Positions 32,129 to 42,960 of a DNA stretch of 60,466 bases are shown here, piece by piece. The notes beneath the pieces were generated by a model. The model was given only the letters and a program-made list of their open reading frames with translations, was not told where the DNA came from and did not search any database. The stretch lies in contig LT649250.1 in the NCBI GenBank assembly GCA_900128395.1, forward strand, positions 1-60,466, read 5' to 3'. The DNA comes from Stramenopiles sp. TOSAG23-2. Lineage: Eukaryota. Made by a program: the position numbers and the translations under genes. Every line of letters begins with the position of its first letter. Position 1 is the first letter of the stretch.

Positions 32129-33655
32129 ATGAATGGCAAAGATCTAATACCAAATAAAAATAATAATAATAATAATAATGCGCCATATAAAATTGAATAT
32201 GAAGATGAAAATTTAGTTATAGTTTCAAAACACGCTGGAATTGGAATCTATGAGTTAGTAAACTTATTAAATTTAGAGCATCAATTTTTAGTATTAACCC
32301 CATGTCCAAAGGCAATGAAAGGTGGATTGGTAGCAATTGCTAAAAATAAGGCATCGTTAGACTACTTTAAACAAGATAAGAATAAATTACAATTTACATT
32401 TTTGGGATTATGCATTGGTAAATTTGATAAAAAAGAATTGAAAATAACAGATAATCTGTCTAATCATGAAGCAACAACAATAGTCAAAGTAATAAGCACT
32501 CACCAAAGTAATTCTGCGGGTTATATATCGCTTGTTGAATTAACTTGTGGCTTGCATACAACATTTTGGCGAAATCAATTTCGGCGGCATCTATACGGAA
32601 TAAATCATCCAATCATTGGAAAGGTTGCTAGCTGTAAAAAATTAAAGAACCAGAAAACAAAACTAGCATTGTCCTGTATTAAAATTTGTTCATCCCCGTC
32701 ATCATCCAATAAAGATACAACATCATCATCGTCGACAACAACAAATGTAATCCATGTTGAAATTCCACATTATCCTTTACCTTTCATGGAAAAAATTATT
32801 AAAGTAGAAACAGAATATTTCAACAAAAAAGAATCATCATCACAAATTTATCAACATGGTAAACAGAAATTTTTAAATCATGAATTTTATGTAAATAAAC
32901 ATGTGTTAATACCAAAAAAATCTAGTGAAACTATTGTCAATGTTGCATATAATATAATAAAATCGAATAACAATAATAGCAATAATTATTCTTATAACAT
33001 CCTGGATTGCGGTACTGGCTGTGGGTGTTTATTGTTATCCCTTTTATTAAAATGTAAAAATAATAATTTGATTCATAAGGTAAAGTATAGTGTTGGTATC
33101 GATATATCACAAGATGCATTGAATGTTGCAATTGAAAATGCAAAGAATTTGATATTAAATAATGATGCAAACAACAACAGCAATAATAATAATAATAATA
33201 TAACATTTTGTTTAAAATCATTTGAAAACATAAATGAGCTAATGAAGGATTATGCTTTTAATATTGTTATTTGCAATCCACCATATTTAACAACAAAGCA
33301 AGCAAAGTTAACATTAGATTACGATATACTTAAGGAAGAACCTGAACTTTCCTATCTTGTTCCAGGAATAGATGGATTATTATTTTATCGCCAAGTTGCA
33401 ACAAGTTTAATAGGAAAGAAAGTAGATGATAATGATGATAATAATAAAATAAAACAACAACAGAAGAAGAATAAACGAAGAAAAATTGAAAAAGAAAAAA
33501 GCAATGAAAATGTTTTGCATTTAATATTTGAAGTCCCGCATTATTTGATCGCACCATGCAATGAAATGTTATTTGAATTGGGATATGTTAATATTGAAAT
33601 TCATAAAGACGAAAATGGATTTGATCGTTGTTTGAGTTGTATTTTTGTCAATTAA
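32129..33655 (+). CDS. Fusion of a degenerate RluA-like pseudouridine synthase domain and a PrmC/HemK-type methyltransferase
   Basis: N-half: IEYEDENLVIVSKHAG, SLVELT..NQFRRHLYGINHPIIG. C-half: FYVNKHVLIPKKSSE, ILDCGTGCGC, GIDISQDALNVA, VICNPPY, DGLLFYR, KDENGFDR. Confidence 0.75.
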   Translation: MNGKDLIPNKNNNNNNNAPYKIEYEDENLVIVSKHAGIGIYELVNLLNLEHQFLVLTPCPKAMKGGLVAIAKNKASLDYFKQDKNKLQFTFLGLCIGKFDKKELKITDNLSNHEATTIVKVISTHQSNSAGYISLVELTCGLHTTFWRNQFRRHLYGINHPIIGKVASCKKLKNQKTKLALSCIKICSSPSSSNKDTTSSSSTTTNVIHVEIPHYPLPFMEKIIKVETEYFNKKESSSQIYQHGKQKFLNHEFYVNKHVLIPKKSSETIVNVAYNIIKSNNNNSNNYSYNILDCGTGCGCLLLSLLLKCKNNNLIHKVKYSVGIDISQDALNVAIENAKNLILNNDANNNSNNNNNNITFCLKSFENINELMKDYAFNIVICNPPYLTTKQAKLTLDYDILKEEPELSYLVPGIDGLLFYRQVATSLIGKKVDDNDDNNKIKQQQKKNKRRKIEKEKSNENVLHLIFEVPHYLIAPCNEMLFELGYVNIEIHKDENGFDRCLSCIFVN

Positions 33656-34008
33656 ATATAATTGTGAGAGGTCGGGTAGGGGAGGTTTTGTACAGTAATA
33701 GAGGCCGATTGCGTATGAAATATATAGCGGGGTGGTTGTTGTAAAATTTTATAAAAATTACTAGTATAATAATAATATAATAGTGTGATGTTTTAGTTTG
33801 AATTTTCTACTTTTCTACAATGCTATGTCTATGCATTTTCAAGTTATTGAATTTATTGCGACATCATTAAATTATTAGTCGTCTAAATATATATATTTAA
33901 TCGATACATAACTATATAATTACAATATATAACGATTATTCATAACAACAATATATAATATTTATTCATTCATACCATAACAACAATATATAATATTTAA
34001 TCCATAAA

Positions 34009-37000
34009 ATGACTGACTTTAACAATGAATTTGAAAAATATTTTTTTGACAAAGTAAACCGATGTATAACTGACATTGGTAAAAGAATGTTAAAAGATGT
34101 ATTTATGGAATTTTCTAATAATAGCAATAATATGAACTATACACAGTTTCAAAACCTATTCTTAAAAGCAAATCCTACACAACCAGTGCCAATGAATGAG
34201 GATATTTTTACGGATATGCATCCTACCAAAACTGTCAGTTTGGAAAATTTTCAAAAACTGTATGAAATTGGCCTTCTCGAAAACTATGAAGAAGCGCTGA
34301 AAAGCATAAAAAGTGAATTCAATAATTTAAATGTTGACATTAATTTTTATATAAATGAAAATAACAAAAATAATGAAAATAATAACGTGGGAAACAAAAA
34401 TAACGATAATAATGCAAATAACAAGGAGATTGTTGGTAATAATCCCGAGACTGGCAGTACAACTACAACAACAATAAAAACAGTAGCAATTAATCGAGCT
34501 GCTTCTCCAGGTAGCAGCTTGCAACGTGATATTGTTGCAATCGATAATACAGCAACAAAAGTAGTAGCAATAACTGGAACTGCTTCTCCAGACAACAGCA
34601 ACTTGCAACATGATATTTCTGATAATGAAAATACAAACATACCAATTCTTAACAACAACAACAACTATAATAATGTAAATAATGATATTTCTGCAATAAA
34701 AAATGATACTACGTTAATGGCAGCAGCTATTACTGAGGATATTTGCTTGCAAAATGATGATGTTGTTGATAATATTGCAATAAACGATGAGATTGCACCC
34801 TTGACGACGACGACAACAACCACCACCACCGCCACAACAGCAATCATCGATGATCATACCTTCGAAAATGACATTGCTATGGATTGCGATAACAATGAAG
34901 CAAATGAGAATATGATAGTCGATGAAGAGGATGGGATATATAGCCCAGAGAAGAATTTGCTTTTTACGTTTAATTTTAACAATATTGACCAACGTGTCCG
35001 TGTAGCTAGCAAAGAACTTATACGTGTTTACCAACGGGAGAACCCAGGGGCGAAATGGGCTGAAAATTTACATGCTGAATGCAATAGGCATGTCACCGAG
35101 TCAAGGTACCAAGTTAGCTTCCGTAATTCAAAAGATGTTTTGTGGATTCATGGAAATGCTGATGCTATAAAGTTAAAGAAAGAAATTACATTGAAGAAAA
35201 GTTGGTTCATTAGTGCATGGGTATTAGCAGATGATTTTTTATTAGGGTTCGATAAACGATCTTCACAAAAATGGAGAACATTATGTAGTTGTGCTGTTGG
35301 GAATGAAAAAAAATATGCATCATATCATATCATGTTGACAAGTTTTAAAAAAGATATTTTTATTGGACCGTATATATCAGTACCAAATGAAGGTACTGAA
35401 AAAAAATACAATGGGGATGGTATATTTCTACCGTGTCGTGATAGTGAAGGAAATGATGTAAATTTTTACAATGTCTTAAAACATGGTGAATTCAATCATA
35501 TAGCTGTTCACGGTGAAGCAAGTGTGATTGAAAATGGTAAAACTATTCCCGGCTGGACAACTGTATATATCAATGGCAATAAAGTCGGAGAAGTGGAAGG
35601 TGTGGTTGATCTCCCAATACAAGTTATCGGCCAATGCGCCTCCAAGACAAAGGCTAGATATGGCATCCAACGAATGGTGGACTTTCGTGTATATCAAATG
35701 CCACAAGAAGTTTGTTTAATCTCCCCATCACCAGCAGTACAAAGCGTTTTATCACATTCAATGGTACAATTGGATGAATACCCTGACTTACCAGAAACAG
35801 ATTCGTGGAAAGAAACGGAAAAGTCAAAGATTTTAATGACATTTGATCCATCCGTTGGTAACAGCAGCAGTAAATCGTATCGTATAAATGTGGAAGAATA
35901 CGAGAAAAGCTTGGCTGCAAGAGAAGCTCTTCTTATGGAATATGAAAAAAATAACAAGAAGAAAAGTGAAGAAGATAGAAAACGAATAGCAGAGGAACGA
36001 AAAAAACTCAAAGAGGAAAGAAAGGAACAATCTGAAAATCGGTTGATGGCAAAGGAAGAAACGCTTGTACGTCGGCGTATTAAATTTTTAATTGCAGAAA
36101 AGCGAAAGCTTGAAGCAATAAAGAAAAGAGCAGAAATTGTTCGCCGAAGAGAGGAAGCAGCTAGGAGAAAAAAAGAAGCAATGGAAACGAATTTGATGCG
36201 AAAAGAAGATCATTTGCAGGCTATTAAACGTTTAAGGAAACAGAAAGAGGAAGAAAAGAGAAGAATGGAGAAACGAATAGCGGAAGAAAAGAAAAGGGTG
36301 GAAAGACGGAAAGCTGAAGAAAAGAAAAGGGCGGAGAGACAAAGAGAGTCAAATGAATTGCAGTTGATGATACTTGAAGAAAAATCGTCTAAAAAGTACG
36401 AACGAATGTTGAAAAGGGAAATGGAGGAAAGCTATCGGAAAGAAAAAGAAGTGCAAAGTAAAACATTCAAGAAAACTGCTATTGAAGCAAAGGAAATTTT
36501 AAAAGAGACGATGGAAATGATTTTTACATTGGAATATGAAGAATTTGATAAAATCAATAATAAATATAGTGATGTCAATTCACAATCTTCTTTTGCCATT
36601 AAACCGTATATGGAGAAATTGAAGTTTACAAATACTGTTGATGGATATAAAAAATTCTGTCATGGATTAGTTCAATTCGAATTTGAAGTGAATGCAATTT
36701 TGTTAGATTTGATTGTAAAAGATTATACCGATATCAATGTCCGTACATATGTGGAGAAGCAATATCCAATAAGAGATTTTTTCATTGCAAAAAATTTCTG
36801 TAGCGCTGCAAGGCAAGAATGGTTCCGTTTAAATGAAACAAAATGCATTTGCATTTCAAATAAGGATCCGGAGAAAGGGGCGTTATTTAATATAGATGCT
36901 AATGAGCTGGAATGGGAATCAGATAGTTGTGCTATTTGTGAAAAATTACAATCACCATATCAAAGGAATCAAGATGATGATGTCGAGGAAATGGTGCGTT

Positions 37001-38571
37001 GTGATGGGTGCATTTTTTCCTATCATATATGTTGCATGAAATTTATTAATGGGAAAAAGTTTGATCCGATGGGGGATGAAATATTTCATTGTCCTATATG
37101 TGAAGCAAGCAATGATCTTAGAAATTCAGTTTTGCAAAACGATGTTCAAAAAATGGTTAGCTCCTTACTTGATGACCGCTTTGCAAATCCATTTTGGCAA
37201 CCGGTAATTTCATCTTTAAACTTTGAGCGTGACATGAACGCCATTCAAATAGCATCTAGTGATGGACAAGTAGAGATACTACAAATGCTATTAGCACCTT
37301 TCATTGACTCACAATACCGTTCAAATGATAATCTATATGAACTTCCTCCATCTCTCTTTTTTAGCTTAAATACATGGAGAGAAGGTAATTGCATCGATAT
37401 TGCAAAAGGAAAAGGTCATGTAGAGACGTTATTGCAATTAAGTTCTCGAGGTGCGCCTGTGACTCGGAAATGTTTACAAGAAACAAGATTGAGGCGAGCA
37501 GAACTTAATAGGAATAATAATGTTGACTTTGGTCAGGGGTTAGAATTGAACAAGTTAAATTGGGAGGATATGCAAGACAATAAAGACGTTGTGTTTATTA
37601 ATCATAATATTGAGTCCAAAACAGTATTTAGTGAATTGAAAAAGATAAGAGCGTGTAAGTGTGATGAAAATAGCAATGGTGGAAAGGGTTGTCTTCCAAT
37701 ATACTTGCCGGAAATGGAAAAGAAATATATATCAAGCCGTGGTGAAACTAATAGCTATCCCTTGCATCCTAACCAAAATGGTGTTTACGTCGAGTGTAAT
37801 TACAACTGTCCATGTAGTAAATATGTTGTAAATCGGAGAAACTCTGCTGCGAGTACTTGGGCTGACTGTGGGAGACGACAATTACAACAAGGTTGTAGAT
37901 ATGCCCTAGATATTATCAAATTAGAGGATGGAAGAGGGTATGGTGTGAAAACTTTACAAAATATTAAAAAGGGTGCATTTGTTACGGAGTATATCGGTGA
38001 AATTATATCCACAGAAGAAAATTTAGCACGTGAAAAAGCAGCAATGCAACGAGGAGATTCATCTTCCTTTTATACGTGGGATTTGGGGAAGAAATTTGTC
38101 ATTGATGCAACCAAGTATAGAAATGTGGGCTCTCTTGTTAATCACCGGTGTAAAAGAGGAAATTTGGTACCAGCAAAAGTTATGGTTCATCGCCAACGTC
38201 CGCGAATGGCTTTCTTTGCTAGACGTGATATAGAGAAAGGAGAGGAACTGACGATAAATTATTGGACTGGCGTTAAAAAGTCAAAAAAGACTGGGTTTGG
38301 TGCATATTGTTTATGTGTAGATTGTGTGAAGAAAAGAAAAAAAAGGGAGAGAGAAGCAACAAATGATGGTAGTAGCAACAGTAGCAGTAATAGTAATAGC
38401 AGTGGCAGCTCGATCGAAAATCCAATGATAATTGATGGGGAACATGACGATGAAGAACATGTTAGATCAATCAGTAGAAACAGTACCAGTAGCATGATGA
38501 GTAGTAGTAGTAGTGGTAGTAGTACAGATGATGAGGTAAAACATCTAAATAAAAAATCCCGGTTGGAGTGA
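34009..38571 (+). CDS. SET-domain lysine methyltransferase with LamG-like, coiled-coil, PHD and ankyrin-like regions
   Basis: PHD CAIC..MVRCDGC..YHICC..CPIC; pre-SET ECNYNCPC; SET GYGVKT..FVTEYIGEI..IDAT..VNHRC..FFARRDIEKGEELTINY; post-SET CLCVDC. Confidence 0.88.
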   Translation: MTDFNNEFEKYFFDKVNRCITDIGKRMLKDVFMEFSNNSNNMNYTQFQNLFLKANPTQPVPMNEDIFTDMHPTKTVSLENFQKLYEIGLLENYEEALKSIKSEFNNLNVDINFYINENNKNNENNNVGNKNNDNNANNKEIVGNNPETGSTTTTTIKTVAINRAASPGSSLQRDIVAIDNTATKVVAITGTASPDNSNLQHDISDNENTNIPILNNNNNYNNVNNDISAIKNDTTLMAAAITEDICLQNDDVVDNIAINDEIAPLTTTTTTTTTATTAIIDDHTFENDIAMDCDNNEANENMIVDEEDGIYSPEKNLLFTFNFNNIDQRVRVASKELIRVYQRENPGAKWAENLHAECNRHVTESRYQVSFRNSKDVLWIHGNADAIKLKKEITLKKSWFISAWVLADDFLLGFDKRSSQKWRTLCSCAVGNEKKYASYHIMLTSFKKDIFIGPYISVPNEGTEKKYNGDGIFLPCRDSEGNDVNFYNVLKHGEFNHIAVHGEASVIENGKTIPGWTTVYINGNKVGEVEGVVDLPIQVIGQCASKTKARYGIQRMVDFRVYQMPQEVCLISPSPAVQSVLSHSMVQLDEYPDLPETDSWKETEKSKILMTFDPSVGNSSSKSYRINVEEYEKSLAAREALLMEYEKNNKKKSEEDRKRIAEERKKLKEERKEQSENRLMAKEETLVRRRIKFLIAEKRKLEAIKKRAEIVRRREEAARRKKEAMETNLMRKEDHLQAIKRLRKQKEEEKRRMEKRIAEEKKRVERRKAEEKKRAERQRESNELQLMILEEKSSKKYERMLKREMEESYRKEKEVQSKTFKKTAIEAKEILKETMEMIFTLEYEEFDKINNKYSDVNSQSSFAIKPYMEKLKFTNTVDGYKKFCHGLVQFEFEVNAILLDLIVKDYTDINVRTYVEKQYPIRDFFIAKNFCSAARQEWFRLNETKCICISNKDPEKGALFNIDANELEWESDSCAICEKLQSPYQRNQDDDVEEMVRCDGCIFSYHICCMKFINGKKFDPMGDEIFHCPICEASNDLRNSVLQNDVQKMVSSLLDDRFANPFWQPVISSLNFERDMNAIQIASSDGQVEILQMLLAPFIDSQYRSNDNLYELPPSLFFSLNTWREGNCIDIAKGKGHVETLLQLSSRGAPVTRKCLQETRLRRAELNRNNNVDFGQGLELNKLNWEDMQDNKDVVFINHNIESKTVFSELKKIRACKCDENSNGGKGCLPIYLPEMEKKYISSRGETNSYPLHPNQNGVYVECNYNCPCSKYVVNRRNSAASTWADCGRRQLQQGCRYALDIIKLEDGRGYGVKTLQNIKKGAFVTEYIGEIISTEENLAREKAAMQRGDSSSFYTWDLGKKFVIDATKYRNVGSLVNHRCKRGNLVPAKVMVHRQRPRMAFFARRDIEKGEELTINYWTGVKKSKKTGFGAYCLCVDCVKKRKKREREATNDGSSNSSSNSNSSGSSIENPMIIDGEHDDEEHVRSISRNSTSSMMSSSSSGSSTDDEVKHLNKKSRLE

Positions 38572-38687
38572 ATAACAGTGGTAATATATAAAAATAATAT
38601 GATACGAAGTATATATATATATATATATCATAAAATTAAAAATATCTCTCTCTCAATACATTAATACATTTTTACACTTTCGTAATC

Positions 38688-38948
38688 TTACAATGACTTC
38701 TTTTTTTTCTTTTTTCTTCTTTTCTTTTTATCTTCATTATTCAATAAACCATATTCTAGTTCAGTATCATACAATAATTCTTGGACAGGGATACCTTTGG
38801 CAACATCGCGTGGTGTTTGACCTTTATTATTTATTGTAACTAAAACACGCTTTAATATTTTTTCTAAACCATTTTCTTTTAAATATTTAAAAACAGTATC
38901 AATGTATAACCAAAAGTCACGTCGAGCTGCGGTATGTATCGGTGTCTG
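38688..38948 (-). CDS. 3' fragment or last exon of an ankyrin-repeat protein
   Basis: QTPIHTAARR and INNKGQTPRDVA ankyrin motifs with a basic tail. No credible start lies upstream. Confidence 0.55.
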   Translation of the reverse strand, partial: QTPIHTAARRDFWLYIDTVFKYLKENGLEKILKRVLVTINNKGQTPRDVAKGIPVQELLYDTELEYGLLNNEDKKKRRKKKKKKSL

Positions 38949-39553
38949 ATCAAAGTAAAGCAGAAACAATGTTATCTGCAGTAGAAAGGACAAAGATGTT
39001 AAATTTAGCATCAAGAAGAAAGAAAAAACAGACTGAATTACAAAATGCTAAGAAAACGGTAGACACCATGGAAAGTGTTCAAGAATATTTAAATCAACAA
39101 CATGAAGAATTTCATCGCACGTTTCAACATCATCCTACGAAACCTACAGGCAATAATACGAAATATAGAGAAAAACATGGGCGTCGTACATTCATATACA
39201 CTCCTGTCATCCCATTTTTAAGTAAAACACCTGAATTTGAGGGACAACATATTATACCAGCAGCCACTAAAGATAAACCATATCATGAACAAGCAATAAA
39301 ACTGATTAAACATGGGAAAAAATATGGACGTAAATGTCGTAGCATGTTACAAGAGACATACCCAAATTTCAATATTAGTGAGAAAGGAAAATATATTAAA
39401 AAGTCAGTACATTGTGGTTTATGCAAAAAAGTTGGCCATATTCGATATAACTGTCCTCTTGTCCCAATAACTGAATTAGAACAACGAAAAATTTTGAACG
39501 ATATATTACAAGAAAGAGAATTATTTAACTCTAAAAATAAGAAGCTGTATTAA
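38942..39553 (+). CDS. CCHC zinc-knuckle protein, possibly a 5'-truncated or transposon-derived fragment
   Basis: CGLCKKVGHIRYNC (CX2CX4HX4C) near the C-terminus. First ATG is at 38969. Confidence 0.55.
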   Translation: MSDQSKAETMLSAVERTKMLNLASRRKKKQTELQNAKKTVDTMESVQEYLNQQHEEFHRTFQHHPTKPTGNNTKYREKHGRRTFIYTPVIPFLSKTPEFEGQHIIPAATKDKPYHEQAIKLIKHGKKYGRKCRSMLQETYPNFNISEKGKYIKKSVHCGLCKKVGHIRYNCPLVPITELEQRKILNDILQERELFNSKNKKLY

Positions 39554-39912
39554 AAAAAAAGCTTTTAAAATGATTTAATGTTCGTACGAAGTACATACTT
39601 CGTTTTAACACTTGTTCGTAAATTTAAATACCGTATAAATTATGATATATGTGTATATAGTGTTGTTAAAAAATCTAAAGTTCATTCAGTCAATCCTACT
39701 AATAGTAACAAGCGCTAAATACACAGCCGTCCTGTGCACTCTAATTACGTACGAGTACTCTTAACTCCTACAGGCATGATATTATATTTTTTAAAATAAA
39801 AAAAAGAAGGAGATGTAGAATGTTTTTACACACACAAGCTCTTCGTGTATTTTCCTGCTGTATTTACATTATATAATATTTAATATTAATAATTATATAC
39901 TCTTTTCGCTTT

Positions 39913-41382
39913 TCAACCATATTTTTTATTAATGGCATCTGTCAATTTATTCGCAGCGGCTACATCAAATCGACCAGTATGCGTGTATGTTGTTCTTTTC
40001 CATTCATTATTCTCCGTTTCTTTCAATCGTTGAAGACTTTCTTCTTGCAAACTACCTTTACGAGGTGGAGATAACCGTGGATTCACAAATTGACTATTAC
40101 TGTTGGATGTATTTACAGTGTGTCTACGTGATAATGGAATTTGATTGCCAAAATTATGATTATTTACATATGTATTATTACTACTGGTAGAATTTTTAGG
40201 CGAACCTTTAAATTCAATCGAAGTTGGTGCTAACCTGCTTACTTTTTTAAAATTATTATTATTTTTATTTTCTGATTGTTTCAAATATGATAGATTATTA
40301 AAGCAATTATTACACAATGGTTTGAATTCATTTGCAATTTTACCTCGTGTAGTAGCTTCGTTAATTTGGCAATGATAACATTTTATTTGACCACTATCAT
40401 ATGGCGATGTAGTGGTATTAGTTGTATTTACAGTATATCTACTACCAGCGCTGTTGCTATTATTGTTATTATTATTACGATGATTGCTATTTGTTGACGA
40501 TTTGAATTCCATATTACGATTTGTAGCTTCATTTATTGATAAAGGACGGAAAGATGAATTGCGTCTTGGTATATCGGTTGTATCAACCATTTGTGATTGT
40601 TGTGCAACCATTTGACGACAATCGTCACAAACTTTAATCCAATCATTACCAACTTTTGATTTAGCTGTTGCATTTTTTTCGCAAAGACTGCATTTTGGCA
40701 CCGACGACGAGGAGGAGGAGGACATTGATATAGCTGAAGAAGTATAACCGCTATTGTTTACATTTGAGGATGCGAAATTATTATTATTATTATTGCTACT
40801 ATTATTATTTCTATTTGTCCTTTTAAATGACATTGGTTCAGGTACATGATTTAATGGGCTATTGGAATTACTGTGATTACTATTTGTGGACATTTTGACT
40901 TCACTTTTATTGGGAAGAGATGAAAAAAAAGATGATGATTCTTGTTGAACAGTCGTTTTATTGTCAGTACTATTATTGCTATTTCCCCCAAGTGCAGATA
41001 CGGCACTTTTATAACGTCGTATACTATCAGCATTTCCAGGTTGCTTAGCTTTATATGCTGCACATGCATCTCTTAGAGCAAAATTTGGGGTTAATGCTTT
41101 GGACTTAATTTCACTACCTGTCATAGGATTGGTATTGTTGTTAGATAACCATGCTTCAATAGCGCTTCGTTCAAAAGTATGGCCGTCACTAGTAATAACT
41201 GGATCATCCATAACTTCTTGTGTAATTGGACAAACTAAAAACTCTGGTGCATCCCCAAAATCATCATCATCTAAATATGAATTTTCATTTGTACCATTGT
41301 TGCTATCATCAACATCATTATTATTATTATTCGAACTAGCACTATCAACGTTGACTTTTTTTTTCGATTTCCCTGCGCCCAT
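39913..41382 (-). CDS. U-box E3 ligase-like protein with putative N-myristoylation and two CxxC..CxxC zinc motifs
   Basis: PEFLVCPITQEVMDDPVITSDGHTFERSAIEAWL..NPMTG..LTPNFALR; N-terminus MGAGKSK. Confidence 0.9.
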   Translation of the reverse strand: MGAGKSKKKVNVDSASSNNNNNDVDDSNNGTNENSYLDDDDFGDAPEFLVCPITQEVMDDPVITSDGHTFERSAIEAWLSNNNTNPMTGSEIKSKALTPNFALRDACAAYKAKQPGNADSIRRYKSAVSALGGNSNNSTDNKTTVQQESSSFFSSLPNKSEVKMSTNSNHSNSNSPLNHVPEPMSFKRTNRNNNSSNNNNNNFASSNVNNSGYTSSAISMSSSSSSSVPKCSLCEKNATAKSKVGNDWIKVCDDCRQMVAQQSQMVDTTDIPRRNSSFRPLSINEATNRNMEFKSSTNSNHRNNNNNNSNSAGSRYTVNTTNTTTSPYDSGQIKCYHCQINEATTRGKIANEFKPLCNNCFNNLSYLKQSENKNNNNFKKVSRLAPTSIEFKGSPKNSTSSNNTYVNNHNFGNQIPLSRRHTVNTSNSNSQFVNPRLSPPRKGSLQEESLQRLKETENNEWKRTTYTHTGRFDVAAANKLTDAINKKYG

Positions 41383-41580
41383 ATCGATAATTATTATTTT
41401 TATGTATATTTATTGAAATGATCTACAATGTACTGTACTGTTGTCTATTGATTTAAATTTTATTTATGAAAATTTGATGATAAATATATTTCTATTTTTT
41501 TGGGTAGTAGTATTATTATTACGTTATTATTATTTTTTTTGGTGCTTCTTATTCTTTGTATGTAGAAGTTGAGCAAAATA

Positions 41581-42960
41581 TAATACTATGGACACAGCAT
41601 TAGAGTTGATGCCTGATGCCAGAGAAGTTTTGTTTCTAATATAAGTTGATATAAAATTGCTTGCATTTATCAAACTTGTTCATCAGGTCCAACAAAGAAG
41701 AATTGGTCAAGATTTGATTCAGGCAGAGGACCTCATGTTTTCTCTGGCTTGTATGGTACATCCCAAATTCCACCAAAACGGCTCCAATAACTTTGTTTGT
41801 AACTCTTTGTAACTACCTTCCAACACATTCAGTAATTTATTTGCTTGAATATTTTTCAATTTGTCAAGATTTCTTGTAACTTCTTTTCTTTTCCAATAAA
41901 ACGCTATTTATTGCTTCCAGTTGTTTGGTTAATTCTAAATACATTCTTCTTCTTCACTAGAGCTAGCTTCCTTTTGAAGTTTTTCAATTTGTTTCTCAAG
42001 TTTAGATATTGTACATTTCAATCCTGCTACAAGTTGTGGTTAAACTGTTAAGTTGATTAACACAACACATAAGGTTCCACTCAAACATAGTCATTACTAA
42101 ATGTTTATAATCTCCTTTCTTAAGAAAGAACATAACTGACAGTATTCCTCATACATTATTCCTTCTTGTGTTAAAGTTGTAAACATTTTGACTGCAATGT
42201 CAAATCTGTTCGGTGGAATAGCTTCATTAGGATAGATACATGAAAACATATGACATAAGTTAGGCACTGACTCTTCCCTTTGCTTGATATACCATTTCAA
42301 GGCCAACTTTTTCAACTTTTTTCTGATCAAATTTTCCAAAAGATCAGAAGATGTTACAAGTCACTGCCAGGAGGGTATTACCTCCTGGTAGTGTAACCAT
42401 TCATTGGTATTATAATAATAATAATAAGGCATGCAGTTGTATTGAATCAAACGGTAGTAAGGAACACATTACCTGGATGGGTTGGAGGTTTATTATCATT
42501 AATGTGGGATAGATGGCCAATTTTACTTTGAACCTGTAATCTGCTTAAAACCAGATTTTTTTTTAATAGAATGTGCCAAGGATTTAATGAGTATGAATGT
42601 ATCAAGAAGGCTGCCAGCTCTATATTATGCATGTCCCACTGGGCAATCGTTGTGTGGAGGCAGATTAAATCAAAACCAAACAGCACATTTAATGATTTTG
42701 ATCCAGGCATTTATATATATATTTAACAAATGTTCCTTTTTGATAAATGTCATATACATAATAAACAAACAGCATCATCGGTGCCATGAGCCATGCTATT
42801 ACCATGTTCACTTTTTCATGTTCTCATCAGGGTTCACCTGGAACACCAATTACAATGCCTTGTGTGTTCTGACTACAATGCTATATGCTCTATCCTTTCT
42901 AAAACACACTATAAGGATACTATAGAATACACTGTACTGTATTGTATGGGAACCTACCAG
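41581..42960. pseudogene. CpG-depleted degenerate relic (decayed gene or transposon, unidentified)
   Basis: Coding-like complexity but only broken frames. I count 6 CpG in 1,380 nt, with abundant TG/CA. Confidence 0.35.
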
